Shown in pieces: positions 1 through 13,699 of a stretch of 64,000 bases of DNA (positions are counted from its first letter, which is position 1; every line of letters starts with the position of its first letter). Source of the stretch: Hemiscyllium ocellatum. Taxonomy: Eukaryota. The stretch is from NCBI RefSeq assembly GCF_020745735.1, contig NW_026867716.1:1-64000 (forward strand), in the 5' to 3' direction. The translations under genes were made by a program, and so were the position numbers. The notes under the pieces are model-generated. The model ran no database searches, was not told the origin of the DNA, and saw nothing but the letters and a program-made list of their open reading frames with translations.

Positions 1-54
1 CCCTCCCCTCCCCATCTTCAGCATCTATACCAACCTTTCCCCAGCTATAATCAG

Positions 55-1298
55 TTATAGAGTCATACAGCAACGGAGCAGACCCTTCAGTTCAACTAGT
101 CCACACTGAACACAATCCCACTTGCCTGCGCTTGGCCCATATCCCTCAAAACATTTCTTATTCATGAAATTATCAAAATGTCTTTTAAGCATTGTAACTG
201 TACCCACATCCACCATTTCCTCTGGAAGCTCATTCCACATGAACCACTCTCTGTGTAAAATAAAAACTGCCCCTTATGTCTTTTTAAAATCTTTCTCCTC
301 TCACCTTAAAGATATGCCCCAGTCTTGAAATCTCCCACAAGAGCAAAAAGACACCTGCCATTCACTGGATCTAAATTCCTCAGGCTTTTGTCGATCTTGA
401 TAAGGTCACCTCTCAATCTTGTACACTCCAGTGAGAAAGGTCCCAGTCGCTCCAGCCTCTTTCGGTAACTCAAGGCCTACTTTCTCGGCAACTTCCTGGT
501 AAATCTCTTCTGAACCCTCTCCAGTTAAATGATATCCTTGCAATAACAGGGTGACCAGAACTGGACATAATAGAGGCCTCACAGCATCCTGTCCACCTGA
601 ACATAATATCCCAACTCCGATTATCAAAGGTCTGAGCAATGAAGGCAAGTGTGCTGAACCACCGTATATATAGATGATGCAAACTCGGAAGAATTCTGTA
701 CCTGAATACCTAGGTCTCTGTTCTACAGCACTACCCAAGGCCCTGCTTTTAATTGTGTAAGTCTTCCCTTTGTTAGTTTTCCCAAAGTGCAATACCACAC
801 ACTTATCTTAAACTCCATCTGTCACTCTTCAGCCCATTAACCCATTTGATTATGATCTCTTTGTATTCTAAGATAACCTTCTTTCATTGTTTAATGGACC
901 ATCAATGTTGGTATCAACCGCAAACTTGCAAAACATTCTTTCTGTGTTCTTACCTCAATTTTTAAAATAAATGAGTGACAAAAGTGAGCCCAGCCCTGAT
1001 CCCGTGGAACCCTGCTGGTCACAGGCCTCCAGAACAAAGCCCTCCCTCCACCGTCACTCTCTGTCTTCTGCCTTTCAGCCAATTGTGCATCCACTTGCCA
1101 AGCTCACCCGGAATCCCATGGGATCTAACTTCACTAATTAGTCTACTATGGGGAACCTTGTCAAAGGATTTACCAAAGTCTAAGTGAACAATGTTAACCC
1201 CTCTGCCCTCATCAATTTTCTTGTTTACCTCTTCAAAAGACACAATCAAGTTTGTGAGACACAATATCCCTTGCACAAAACCATGCTGACTATCACTA
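55..1298 (-). mobile_element. CR1 LINE, degraded 3' fragment
   Basis: RT C-terminal remnants (VNIVHLDFGKSFDKVPH; WNELPEEMV) and CR1 3' tail. Confidence 0.9.
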
Positions 1299-3990
1299 GA
1301 GTCATAGAGCCATAGAGATGTACAGCATGGAAACAGACCCTTCAGTCCAACCTGTCCATGCCGACCAGATATCCCAACCCACTCGAGTCCCACCTGCCAG
1401 CACCCGGCCCATTTCCCTCCAAACCCTTCCTATTCATATACCCATCCAAATGCCTCTTAAATGTTGAAATTGTACCAGCCTCCACCACTACCTCCAGCAG
1501 CTCATTCCATACATGTACCACCCTCTGCGTGAAAAATTTGCTCCTTAGATCTGTTTTATATCTTTCGCCCTCACCCTGAACCTATGCCCTCTAGTTCTGG
1601 ACTCCCCAGCCCCAGGGAAAAAACTTTGCTTATTTACCCTATCCATACCCCTCATAGTTTTGTAAACCTCTATAAGGTCACCGCTCAGCCTCTGATGCTC
1701 CAGGAAAAACAGGCCCAGCCTGTTCAGCCTCTCCCCATAGCTCAAATCCTCCAATGCTGGCAACATCCTTGTAAATCTTTTCTGAACCCTTTCAAGTTTC
1801 CCAACATCTTTCCGATAGGAAGGAGACCAGAATTGCACACACTTTTCCAACAGTGGCCTAACCAATGTCCTGTACAGCTGTAACATGAGCCCCGGCTCCT
1901 GTACTCAATACTCTGACCAATAAAGGAAAGCAAACCAAATGCCTACTTCACTATCCTATCTTACTGCGACTCCACTTTCAAGGAGCTAAGAACCTGCACT
2001 CCAAGGTCTGTTTGTTCAGCAACACTCCCGAGGACCTTACCATTAAGTGTATAAGTCCTGTTAAGATTTGCTTTCCCAAAATGCAGCACCTCGCATTTAT
2101 CTGAATTAAGTTCCATCTGCCACTTCTCAGCCCATTGCCCCATCTGATCAAGATCCTGTTGTAATCTGAGGTAACCCTCTTCGCTGTCCACTACACCTTC
2201 GATTTTGGTGTCATCTGAAGCTTATTAACTGTACCTCTTATGCTTGCATCCAAATCATTTATGTATATGACAAAAAGTAGAGAACCCAGCACCGATCCTT
2301 GTGGCACTCCACTGGTCACAGGCCTCCAGTCTGAAAAATAACCCTCCATCACCATCCACTGTCTTCTACTTTTGAGCCGTTTCAGTATCCAAATAGCCAG
2401 TTTTCCCTATATTCCATGAGATCTAATCTTGTTGATCAGTCTCCCATGATGACCATCCCTAATCATTCCTTGCCTCTCCAAATGCATATAAATCCCAAAT
2501 TTCAGAATTATTTTCAACAACTTATCCACCACTGAAGTCAGACTCACAGGTCTGAAGTTCCCAGGCTTCTCCTGACATCCCTTCATGAACATTAGTCACT
2601 CTCCACTCACTCAGCGTCTCACTCGTATTTATAGATGATACAAATGTTTCTGCAAGGTGCCCAGCGATTTCCTCTTAACATCTGACAAAGTCCTGGGATT
2701 CATGAGATCAGGGCTCAGAGATTTATATTTCAAAGACCTCTAGCCCTTCCTCTTCTGTAATGCAAACTGTTTTCAAAACATCAATATTTATTTCTCAGCG
2801 TTCTCTCGCCTCCACTTCTATCTCCACAGTAAAAACCAACACAAAATATACACTTAAGATCTCTCCTATCTCCTGAGGTCGAAGACAAAGGAAATCTCTT
2901 TGCCCTATACTCTGTCTCTTGTTGCTGTCTTGGTCTTAATGTATTGATAAAATCCCTTTGGATTATCCTTAACCTTATTTGTTGAGGCTATCTCATGTCC
3001 TTTCTTTGACATCCTGATCGCCCTCGTATGAATGCCCCGACATTCATTATATGGTGCAAGAGATCCATTTGGATCCTGTTGTTTATATTTAGTGTATGAT
3101 TCTCTCCGATCCCTGACTGGAACCTCCATCTCTTTATTCACACATTGTTCCTTAAAGCAGTACAGTTGAAACCGTCCTTTGTGAACGGTCTTTTCTGTCT
3201 CAGAAGAGGTCGCAGTGATCCAAGAATCTGAATCCCTGAACATGACACCACCTCTTCAGCCATTGATTTATCTCCTTTATCCTTTTGTTCCCACATCTGA
3301 GCTTGGGCTTTGGGAGTAAAATAGAGATTATTACTTTTTTAATCTTCAACCTAACCTTTGATATTACTTTGTAAAGCCTTAATCCTTTCCCTAACAATGT
3401 CATTCCCATCAATGTGTACAAAAACTTCCAGTTTCTCATTATTCCCTTTAACAGTATGCTTCAAACATTTTGCAATGTCCTTAATCCTAGCACCAAGAAA
3501 CAGTATAATATCCTAGATCCATGCTCACTGCTGCAGAACCACCTGTCTGTGCCCTTGACAGGAGAATCACCTACAACAATTATTCTTTTAAATTTTGTCA
3601 AACCCTTTGAACATAAGGTTCATTTTTAGCGCCCAAGATCTGACTGTCCCTTCTAATTTCCTCTGAGAGATTATCCTTTCAACAGTATGAGAGATTTCTG
3701 AACTACCTTCTTAACTTTCCTGACAGTCATCCATCTATCTGACTGATCCTGCTGTTATCACCTCTCGAAATCTACTGGCCATCTAACGCTGTGTCTCTTG
3801 TATGTCCTCAATGTCATTAAGTCAAAAAAGAAGCAACTTACACTGACATTTTAACTGTAAAATAAACTACATTTCTTTATCCAAAGAGCTAATAATAAGC
3901 ACAAGTGGTCAGCAGACAGCTTTCAATGTTCTGATTAAAAATAAAATCCCACTCCAGAGCCAACCACGTGTTAACCTGTCCAAGAGCTCT
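1299..3990 (-). mobile_element. CR1 LINE, long degraded copy with internal deletions (RT plus ORF1 remnants)
   Basis: LYRTLVRPLLE.CVQFWSP, NFRPVSLTSVV; ORF1-like remnants near 3200-3600; 5' boundary approximate. Confidence 0.85.
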
Positions 3991-4699
3991 GTGAACACAA
4001 CTTGGTTTGAAACAAAACTTCCCTCAGCAATTATTTTCCGTCAACAAAACTTCCCACAGCCCACATGTGGGCCTATCCAAAAAGTCCATTGATAGGATTC
4101 TGTTTGATTAAAAAAATTGTGTCTGTCCATTTTGGGAATTTTTTTGTGTTTTGAATATAAAATGACGAAAAGTGAATCAAACAAAAAGCTTTTTGACTGA
4201 AATGTAATAAATGTAAGAAAGCTGGAAGTAAATTGGGAAATAAATCTGAATCTCAGGAGTAGCTGCAAGACCCACACTCCTCCCAGCCCACTGTTTTTGA
4301 TCATTTTATTTCTGAAGAAATGTCACTGGACCCAAAACATTAACTCTACTTTCTCTCCACAGATGTCACCATACCTGCTGAGTTTTTCCCACAATTTCTG
4401 TTTTTGTCTCTGCCATCCTTACTTGGTCAGGTCTCCAGGACAGAGGTGGACAGTACATCAGGATTGAAGAAGGGTGTTCACTGTGTCAGGTCAGTGGAAG
4501 TGAGTGTGGGTCCTGGAGGTTGGGCCAGGGGCTGTGTGAGGAACAGCACTAGGTCCCATGATTTCTGTCCCTAGCCCCATCTACACGTGAATGCTGACCC
4601 ACTGAATTATATTTGCCTGCTGGGTAAGGAATCTTCTATGATGCTGGGGACATCTTCTGGGTCAAGTTAAGTGTGAATGCCACAGCCCTATTAGTTGCA

Positions 4700-5590
4700 C
4701 TGATGAGCAGGGCCCTCCCTCATTGAGGATGGGGATATTTGTGGAGACTCATATTCCTGTTAGTTGCTTAATTGTCCTCACCCATTCATATCTGCATGTG
4801 ACAGGTCTGCTGAGCTTATATCTGATGCACTGACAGTGGAATCACTTCCCCCAGAGCATCAATTGTGGTTTATGATGTTTGACACAGAAGTAGTTTTATA
4901 GCTGACATCTCATTTTCAGGTTTGCTGGTGATGTTCCTGGCATCACCTCCTGCATTGTTCATTGAACGAGAATTGATGTCCTGACTTGATGTTAATGGCT
5001 GAGTGGGGGAGAATTACATGCCATGAGCTTACAGATTGTATTCCAGCTCAATTCTGCTGTACGGATGGTCCACAGTGTCTCAGGGATCCCAGTCTTGACT
5101 TGCTCGATCTGTTCAAAGACTGTCCTATTTAACACAGGCCTAGTGCCATACATGATGGGGATGTACCTCAATGTGATGAGGTCTCCACGGGACTGTGAGG
5201 TAGTTACTCCTCCCAATCCTATAATAGGCAGATAGACGGCTGAGGACAAGGTCAAGCTTTTCTCTCTCTTGTTGGTTCCCTCACCACCCGCCACAGACCC
5301 AGTCCAAGAGCTATGTCATTTCAGATTCCACCAGCTCAGGCAGTAGTAAAGCTGCTGAGTCTGTCTTGGTGTTGGACAGTGACGTCTCCCACCCAGAGTA
5401 CATTCTGTGCCAGTGTTGACCTCAGTGCTTCCTCCAAGTGGTGATAAACATGATCAGAAGCCTGGGAGTGGGGGGATTGTGGCAGTGGGTAGTCATCCGG
5501 AGATTCCCTTGCTCATGCTTGACCTGATGCCATCGGACTTCATGATAATGTTTCGAGTTCAGAAAATTCTGCTGAGCAACTGCTGTCTGA
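4700..5590 (-). mobile_element. L2/CR1-clade LINE endonuclease-region relic (also 32270-33160)
   Basis: Translation ..AELSWNTICKLMACNSP resembles the APE/linker region of L2-type LINEs; related fragments at 21150-21940 and 24100-24700. Confidence 0.55.
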
Positions 5591-5880
5591 TTGGTTGAGA
5601 TGTGCTGTTACAAAGCTATATGTTCCTGGAGTGTCTGAAAGTGGAAAGTATCTGGAGCCTGCAAAGAGAAAGCAGCCAGCTCTGCCTCTCCCCCATCACT
5701 GTCGAGAAAAGCAGAAAAAAACACAAGTAATCTGGAAAGAAAGAAGTCACATGTGAAAAGTTCTAAGTTCACCTGAATGGCCGTTGAATTTGAAGCATAA
5801 CCATCGCTGTCCAGAACACAGCATTTCATTCCTGCTAAAAAACACAAGGACTGTGAGAGAGAATGATCCTTCCATTTTTT

Positions 5881-6171
5881 TTAGATTAGATTAGATTACT
5901 TACAGTGTGGAAACAGGCCCTTTGGCCCAACAAGTCCACACCAACCCGCCAACCACCACATTTAAAACTTACCGAACACTACGGACAATTTAGCATGGCC
6001 AATTCACCTGACCTGCACATCTTTGGACTGTGGGAGGAAACCGGAGCAAACCCACACAGACTCGGGGAGAATGTGCAAACTCCACACAGTCAGTCGCCTG
6101 AGGTGGGAATTGAACCTGGCTTTCTGGCGCTGTGAGGCAGCAGTGCTAACCACTGTGCCACCATGCTGCCC
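5881..6171 (-). mobile_element. HE1-like tRNA-derived V-SINE
   Basis: Reverse complement gives a tRNA-like head (TGGCACAGTGGTTAG A box, GGTTCAATTCC B box), V-domain TTCTCCCCGAGTCTG and a (TCTAA)n tail. Confidence 0.9.
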
Positions 6172-6253
6172 ACAAAAAATCTTGTGGTCAGGACTTTTAT
6201 TTTCAGAGTTTTGTTTACCCTGTTACCCTGTCTACATTCTTTTGTCACTCATG
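6163..6253 (+). CDS. Candidate signal-peptide (leader) exon, cassette A
   Basis: GCCACCATG start; MLPTKNLVVRTFIFRVLFTLLPCLHSFVTH has a basic N-region and a hydrophobic core; ends in phase 1 at a weak donor (CATG|gtagaa), matching the phase-1 V1 acceptor. Confidence 0.4.
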
Positions 6254-6589
6254 GTAGAAATATAAATCATCTATCTTTTCTCTGTCTTTATTTTATGTGT
6301 GTGTGTGTGGCTTTGAAGGGATGCTGTTTAGGAGCATTAATTAGGTATCCATTTCTTTCACTGCTCTTATTACTGGAATTATTCATTAATGGAATTATTT
6401 AACTGTTACTGAAGAATCCTGGTGTGGCTCACTTCTGTCCCGAGTAACAGTCTGTCAGGCACTTTGGATGTTGGGGTCATCCTATTGGGATTCTTGCACA
6501 TTTGTGTAGCTGCTGACAATGTGTGGATCAGTAGGGCATGTTCAGACATAACATGACTCATTGAGTTTATGAAGGAGTGATGAAGATGA

Positions 6590-7360
6590 TTGATGAATGA
6601 GTGGTGGACATGGCCTAAATGGACTTCAGCAAGGTATTTGACAAGGTTCTGCATGATAAACTGGTTAACAAGGTTAGATCACATGGAATACAGGGGCAAC
6701 TAGCCATTTAGATACATAACTGGCTTGTAGATAGGACACAGAGTGTGGTGGTGCAGGATTGCTTTTTAGACTGGAGGCCTGTACCCAGCGGTGTGCTGCA
6801 AGGATCGGTGCTGGGTCCACTGCTTATTGTCATTTATATAAATGGCTCGGATGTGAATATCAGAGAAATGGTCAGTAAGTTTCCAGATGACACCAAAATT
6901 GGAGGTGTCATTGACATCAAAGAAGGTTATCACAAAGGACAACGGGACTTTGATTAGATGGGCCAATGGGCTGAGGAGTGGCAGATGGAGTTTAACTTAG
7001 ATAAATTTGAGGTGTTGCATTTTGTTAAGGCAAATCAGGGCAGGACTTATACACTTCCTGGTAAGGTACTGGGGAGTGTTGCCAAACAAAGAGAACTTGG
7101 AGTGCAGGTTCATTGTTCTTTGAAAGTGGAATCAAAGTATAGACTGGTTAATGAAGAAGGCATTTGGTATGCTCGCCTTTATTGTTCAATGCATTGAGCA
7201 CAGGAATTAGGAGGTCTTATCATGGCTGTACAGGATGCTGGTTGGACCACTTTTGGAATATTGCATTTATTTCTGGCCTCCCTGCTGTAGGAAAGATGCT
7301 GTGAAACTCAAAAGGGTTCAGAAAAGATTGAGGAGAATGATACCAGGGCTGGAGGGCTTG
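6590..7360 (+). mobile_element. CR1 RT fragment (continues as 34510-35520 in copy 2)
   Basis: GVLQGSVLGPLL..IYIN, SKFPDDTKIGG motifs. Confidence 0.9.
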
Positions 7361-7560
7361 AACATAGAACATAGAACATAGAACATAGAACATAGAACAA
7401 TACAGCACAGAACAGGCCCTTCGGCCCATGATATTGTGCCAAACATTTCTCCGAGCTGAAGCACCTTTCCATGTACCTATCCAATTGCAGCTTAAAGGTC
7501 ACCAATGATTCTGACTCTGCCACTCCCACAGGCAGCGCATTCCATGCCCCCACCACATTT
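7361..7560 (-). mobile_element. CR1 3' end with (AACATAG)n tail
   Basis: Tandem aacatag units at 7361-7398 followed by CR1 3' UTR sequence. Confidence 0.8.
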
Positions 7561-8742
7561 ACTGCATAGAAAGAGGTCATTTGGACCATCGTTTGTGTGT
7601 GAGTTAACAAAAATCTGACTATACTTCCCCCAGAATACAGCTCTTGATCTTTGTGCCTTTTTAAACAACTGTTTTGAGGGTTTTAAACTAAATAATGGGC
7701 GATAGGTAGAGGTGGGAGGTGGAAGCCAATTGGACAGAAGTTTAAAATGTCAAAAAGAAGTAAGACAGCAGAGATGCAGGCTACTGAAGAGGCAAATGGG
7801 AAGTCTACAAAATCCCAAAATACTGCTTAAATTTTACTCGCGTTTCTAACTCTAACACTCTTTCAGACAGTGAGTGCCAAACTCTTAAATCCCTCTGTAT
7901 GAAAACGTATCTCTCCTCAACTCTCCTCTCACCCTTTATTTCTTACCTTGAGCCTGTTTTCCCATTGAGCCTGCCCCACCATCCAATAAGACCATGGGTG
8001 ACCTTTCCATGGACTCCGCTGTCCTTACCCACTTGCTGACCATAACCTGAAATTCCTTTTGTGAAGAAGCTGCTCCTTTAACAAGGTTCAGTTGTCCTTG
8101 GTTTTTTTTCTTTTGCCTCTAACCCAAGCTGCTTCATTTTCACCTGAACTTTAGCCTCTCTATAGATTCTGATGGAGTTTCCAACAAATGTAAATGTTGA
8201 GCTCCTGCTGTAAGTATCTGTCCTTTCCTCACGGAAGGAGGCAGCTCCAACTCCAGCTTGTTTGCTCATTCCCACAGCTTGGCTTTAACCACCTTTTTGT
8301 AAAACTCCCAAGGTCACTTCCTCCAGCCCCAGAAAACTTTTGCTGACTGAAAGAGCCCTGACTTCACCAAGCAACACCAACCAAAACCAACATCCACAAC
8401 AACAGACACTAACACTTACCATTCACTGCCTTCAAGTCCAACAACTCGAATCCCAGTTTGCAACTAAACAACAAATCCTGTAAAGAGTCCCCATTCTGTT
8501 ATGGACCAGGCCAGATCCCTCAAAACCTTTAAGAAGGGAGTCCAGACCTTAACTTTGCTCGTTGTCTTAAACAGGTGTAAAGTGGATATTGCAGGAGAGA
8601 ATTGGCTGGTCAAACCACTTAGTTTTAAACAAAACAGAGTTCATTTACAAGATTTGGAGGAGTCGGTGTTGGACTGGGGTGGACAAAGTTAAAAATCACA
8701 CAACACCAGGTTATAGTCCAACAGGTTTATTTGAAAGCACTA

Positions 8743-8769
8743 GCTTTCTGAGCGCTGCTCCTTCATCAG
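8743..8769 (-). ncRNA. Degenerate minimal hammerhead ribozyme motif in a Penelope-type terminal repeat
   Basis: Reverse complement CTGATGA-A-GGAGC-AGC-GCTC-A-GAAA-GCT(A). Confidence 0.55.
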
Positions 8770-8969
8770 ATGGTGTGAAATAGGACCATAAGACACAGAA
8801 TTTCTGTCAAGAGATTACAGTGATGCAATGATACATTGAACAAACCTTGATTATTCAGTCTTTCATCTTTTAGAATGGATTTGCTGGTTTTGATTCGTTA
8901 ATGTGTATTACCCAGAACTTTATTTAAGTCACATTCTCAAGATAATTTGAGGCTTTATAACAAAAGGCT

Positions 8970-9940
8970 GATGCCCCCTAGTTCTAGTTTCACCCACCAG
9001 TGGAAACAACCTCCCTGCTTCTCCCTTATCCATTTCCTTCATAATTTTACATATTTTTGTAATATTCTCCCATCATTCTTCTAAATCCCAATGAATGTAG
9101 TCTCAGCCGACTCAATCTTCCCTCATAAGCCAAGCCCCTCAATTCTGGAATTAACCAAGTGAACCTCCCCTGCACTATCTCCAGTCCCAGTGCATCCTTT
9201 CGGAATTAAGGAGACAATACTGCAGGTGTGGTCTCACCAGCCCCCTATACAGCTGCAGCATAACCTCCATCTTTTTAAACTCCATCCCTCTTACAATGAA
9301 GGATAATATTCCATTTCCTTTCAGGAAACAATGTATAGCAGCTTCCAAACCCCAGAAGCTTCTCAAAGTTAAACTGAAAACCTGGTTATGTAGGAGTATA
9401 ACCCCACTCGTTCAGAGTGCTTCTATTGTTTCAACTGTTCACGAGCTGTTTACTTTAATGTTTTGAAACAGACTTTTTTTCACCTCTATCTCAACCTCTT
9501 TTCATGAAAAAATAAATACCAGGACAAAATATACCTCTGAAAGACTGAGTATTGTCACACCACGCCAATCCCTAACACCATGGGCTTTTATCTTATTTAG
9601 CAGCTTCCACTGGAGCACCTTGTCAAAAACCATCTGGAAATCCAAATAGGTCATGTCCTCATTAATGACCAACTTTGTTCTTTTTTATCTCTTTTGCCTG
9701 TTTCCTCCTCAAAGATTTCTAACAGATTTATTTCAGGCATGACCTGCCTTTGATGAAGCCATACTGACTCAGCTGTATTTTATCCTGCACTTCCAAGTTC
9801 TCTGCAATCTCATTCTTAGTAATGTTCACTAAAATCTTACAAACAACCGAGGCCAGACTAACAGCAGATAATTTCCCATCTTCTGCCTCCCTCTCCTTAA
9901 CAGAGTCATGCTGTCTGTTTCTGATTAATCCCTGCCTCCT
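8970..9940 (-). mobile_element. CR1 RT fragments
   Basis: MLQLYRGLVRPHLQYC; YGFIKGRSCL. Confidence 0.8.
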
Positions 9941-10139
9941 CAAGTGTAAATTAATTCTGTCCCTTTAAATTGCTTCCAATGGATTCCCCACCACTGAGCT
10001 CAGACTCACTGACCTGGAGCTACCTGGTTTATCCCTTGCTCAATTTTTAAATCAAGGTGCCACATGAGCTTTCCTCCAGTCCACTCACACTTCTCCAGCT
10101 GTAGATCTAAACTCCATCTCCAAACGTCAGTGGATTACG

Positions 10140-10450
10140 ATCAGTAAAAGAGACAGTCTCATTGTCTCCATGTTGAGTGTATAATCCAAAGTGTTGAAAA
10201 GCTGCTAACTTCCTTTTCTATCGGCAAGTCGGTTTTCTGATGTTGGTTCGACCTTTTTTGAAAAATAAGCCACAAGTTTCTCCATCCCAGCCTCGTTGTC
10301 CTGTAGGAGAACTGCTCCAATCCCCAAATCGCAAACATCTCCTGCTAATTGAAATGGTTTATTAAAGTTCGGTGCAGTTAATACACATTTATTTGTTAAA
10401 ATTACTTTCAGTTTTGCAATGGCTGCCATTCCATTTTCATTTATTGTTGG
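10140..10450 (-). mobile_element. Gypsy/Ty3 pol relic (RT-RNase H)
   Basis: VLTAPNFNKPFQLA.D.CDLGIGAVLLQ...VAYFSKK motif. Confidence 0.8.
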
Positions 10451-12459
10451 ACCAAGTTAGTTAAGGATGTGGCTGCTTTCATAATATTAGATCCAAATGC
10501 CAAAGGACCTCATTATCTCTCTCATTTCGCTGGCTGTCAATGGACGGTTAGGAAAGGGGCTTTCAGATCTTCATGTTGTTACTTCAACAGCCAGACTCCT
10601 CCCCAAAACCCAGTTCAAAACTGTGGCCTCTCCCTGACAGACTGGCCATCTCACTGCAATGTCCCAGTTCCTAGTGAACATCTGCCACCTCCCTGAGCAT
10701 TCGGTCTCTCCCAGACTTGGTGGAACCAGTTCCCAGGGACTGTCCTTATTAATGACCAACGTCTGTCTGTTTACATGCACTGCTCTTCCCCAGTGTTGAA
10801 GAATCTATGGAATTGTTTTGATCAGAATCAACATGCAAATAACTTCCACGTCTGGCCTCATAAATGAAGCCAGGTTTGTTTGTCTTCCTCAGGTAACAGT
10901 CCTCAGTTTACAACTCTAAGCAAAGATTGATAAAATAAAATAAAAATCATTAAAAGTCACCAAGGATTCTAACATCATTGGCTACAATATTTCAAGGAGA
11001 CAGCTCACCAGTACTTTCTCAAGGGCAGTTAGGAACAGACAAGAAATGCTGGCCTCACTTGTGACACCCTCATCCCATGAATGACTAAAAAAATCAGCAG
11101 TGCCTGTGAAGTCGTCTGAACAGCAAATGGAGGCCCAGGCTTTTGGGACTTACAGAATCAAGCTATCTGTGCAGTTGGTTTTTGCCGGTGATCGTGTTCT
11201 GCACAAGTTCACCTCCCCCACCCTTCTTTCTCTCACTTTGACAGCACTTCCCTCTGTTGCTTCCTCCCTCAAGTGTCAATCAAGCTTCCCCTTCAGTACA
11301 ACAATGGTCACTGTGTCAACCACTTGGTGTATGAGCAGGTTCCACAATCTAACCACTCCCTGCAGAGAAGCTTTTTCTGAATCCCTTGGTGATTTGGTGC
11401 TGACTATTGTATTTATGGTTCATAGTTTCAGGGTCCTCCACATTTCCTGTTTTTTGATCCTATCGTACCAGTTATGAAATCCAATGAGTTGGTTCATCTT
11501 TGTGGAGATTTTAAGCAAATGGTTAACCATATAAATACTTATTGAATATTCATTCAGGCAGCCATTTTCTATTCAAAAACATTGATGAAGCAAGGTGAAT
11601 CTTTCTCAACCAACCTCACCTGATCAAGCTCGGGTCCAAACCCTTTACTACAATCAGTGATAACTGAACCAGCTGCTTCTCATAAGAGACTGGAACCGAA
11701 GTTGTATCCTTAATTTGGAAAGGTTTCCCGGTATGAGGTTCTCAATCTCGCTGAGGTCTTGTGTAAACCTAAGAGTTGGAGTCCAGGGCAAATTTTGTTA
11801 AAGACTGGTTGTATGATCACTGCAACGGCCATTCTGGTATTGACCTCAACTAGAATAGATCGTCATTTAACCGGACTCCATTTTTGATTGGTTCTGATTT
11901 TGGTGTCACTAAGCAATTTAATTATTCTACACTAGATGTAGATGGACTTTCCTGGACACTGACTGATGAGTTCTCTTACTCAGTTTAGGTCAAGTGAGAC
12001 TCTTTTACTATCTCGAGTCCTGATTCCTGCAGCAATGACAATGCTGTGCCGGCCTGGATCCTGAAGAAAGTTTTCACTGTTTGGTTGAAGCTTGGTTTTG
12101 TTTTGGGGTTTTGCTCTGGGCTGACCTGGAGTCCCTCTGTTCAGGATATGTCCTGAGTGAGGCTGTTCAATTGCCTTCACTCAGGTGGTGGTTCCCTAAG
12201 CTCAGTCAGTCTAGTGCGGGAGCCCACTTCCAGGGGAATATCCTACTACTCATCGGCTCCACTTGCTGCATTTTCCATTGGTAAAGCCAGTTGTACTGCT
12301 TGTTTGAAGCTAGTTGGCACTTTTGCATGGTTACATTATTAATCTCACCCCTGTTGTCACTGAAATAATTCCACAAAAGCTGGTATTTAATCACCAGGTC
12401 AACCCTTATTTACATGTGGAGAGTCCTTGGCATTGATCCAGCCCCCTCAGAGTGAACAG

Positions 12460-13220
12460 GATATCTCACACTCCTGTTCTTCTCTTCCAGCCAGGACTCC
12501 CTGATTGGACCAGATTACCTGCACCAATTAGGGAACTCAAATTCTGTGAGGCCCACCTGACTGACCTTGTTATAATCTCTATACACTCCTGATAGTTTTC
12601 AAGAGATTTGCTTGATCCCAGTTGTTTATAACTCACAAAAGATTCCTTATTATTCTTGAGCATAGCCTCAATATCTTTGTTCATCCATTATCCCAGACTC
12701 CGACCAGCCTTACTCTTCAATGTAACAGGAACATCATGTCTCTGAACTGTCATTATCTCAGTTTTGCAAACTCCAATTTCCAGTCGTCCCTTTACCTGTG
12801 AACAGTTTACTCCAATCAAGTTTGAAAGTTCCTGTCCCATGCCATCAAACTTTGCTTCACTCTAATTATATACTACTTTACAATGCCTACACATTTTCAT
12901 AACTAATCTAAAACTAACAAAATGATGATCACTGCTCCCAAACGTTTCAGTCGCTCACCTTACTTTCCAAGAGAATGTCACATTTTGCTCCTTGTCTGAT
13001 AGGGACAGATACAGATTGAGACAGAAAATTTTCTTGAACACATTTAACAATTTCCTCACTTGTCCAAGCACCGAAAACTATGGCAGTCCCAGTCTCTATC
13101 TGGAAAGTTAAAATTGCCTTTTATTACAACCCTATTATTCTTACATAGAGCTGAGATCTCGACATTTTTGCTCCTCAATTTCCATCTGTCTATTGAGGGC
13201 AGATAGAGCAATCCCATCAA
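12460..13220 (-). mobile_element. CR1 endonuclease-region fragment
   Basis: GNFNFPDRDWDCHS motif, similar to 51500-52100. Confidence 0.75.
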
Positions 13221-13495
13221 GGTGATCATTCCTGAGGTTAATAACATCGTGAGGAGCATACAGACAGTGAATAACAAAGGTCTTTGTCTCAGGGTGGGGG
13301 GAGTTCAAAGCAAGGGGCATATTTTTAAGGTGAGTGGAGAAAGAATGAAGAGGGACATGATGGGCAAGTATTCACACAGAGGGGGGTTTGTATGTGAAAT
13401 GGACTGCCAGAAATAAAACGTTAGATGCAGGTACAGTTACAACATTTATAGGAAATTTGTATAGGGACATGAATCAGAAAGGTTTAGAGCGACAC

Positions 13496-13690
13496 TTTGG
13501 CTCAGTGTTACGCACTGCTGCCTCACTGCACCAGGGGCCTGCATTCAATTCCAGCCTTGGGCGACTGTCTATGCAATGTTTGCACATTCTCCCTGTGTCT
13601 GCGTTGGTTTCCTCTGAGTGCTCCAGTTTCCTCCCACAATCCAAAAGATGTGCAGGTGAGGTGAATTAGTTAGGGGTAAATGTAGAATCC
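13496..13690 (+). mobile_element. HE1-like SINE, partial and degraded
   Basis: Head and V-domain similar to the other HE1 copies. Confidence 0.75.
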
Positions 13691-13699
13691 AGGCACCCT

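Larger units (their letters stand above)
1..7360. repeat. Segmental duplication block X, copy 1
   Basis: Collinear with 27545-35281, same nested TEs; roughly 94% identity by eye in sampled stretches. Confidence 0.95.

Noticed and set aside
6455-6540. Hydrophobic frame VGVILLGFLHICVAA
   Set aside because: No convincing splice sites or start, and the duplicate copy gains an earlier stop.
7361-7398. Short tandem repeats (AACATAG)n, (ATAAGACC)n, (TTAGA)n as a CRISPR-like or novel array
   Set aside because: They are 3' tails of CR1 and HE1 elements, with no spacers.
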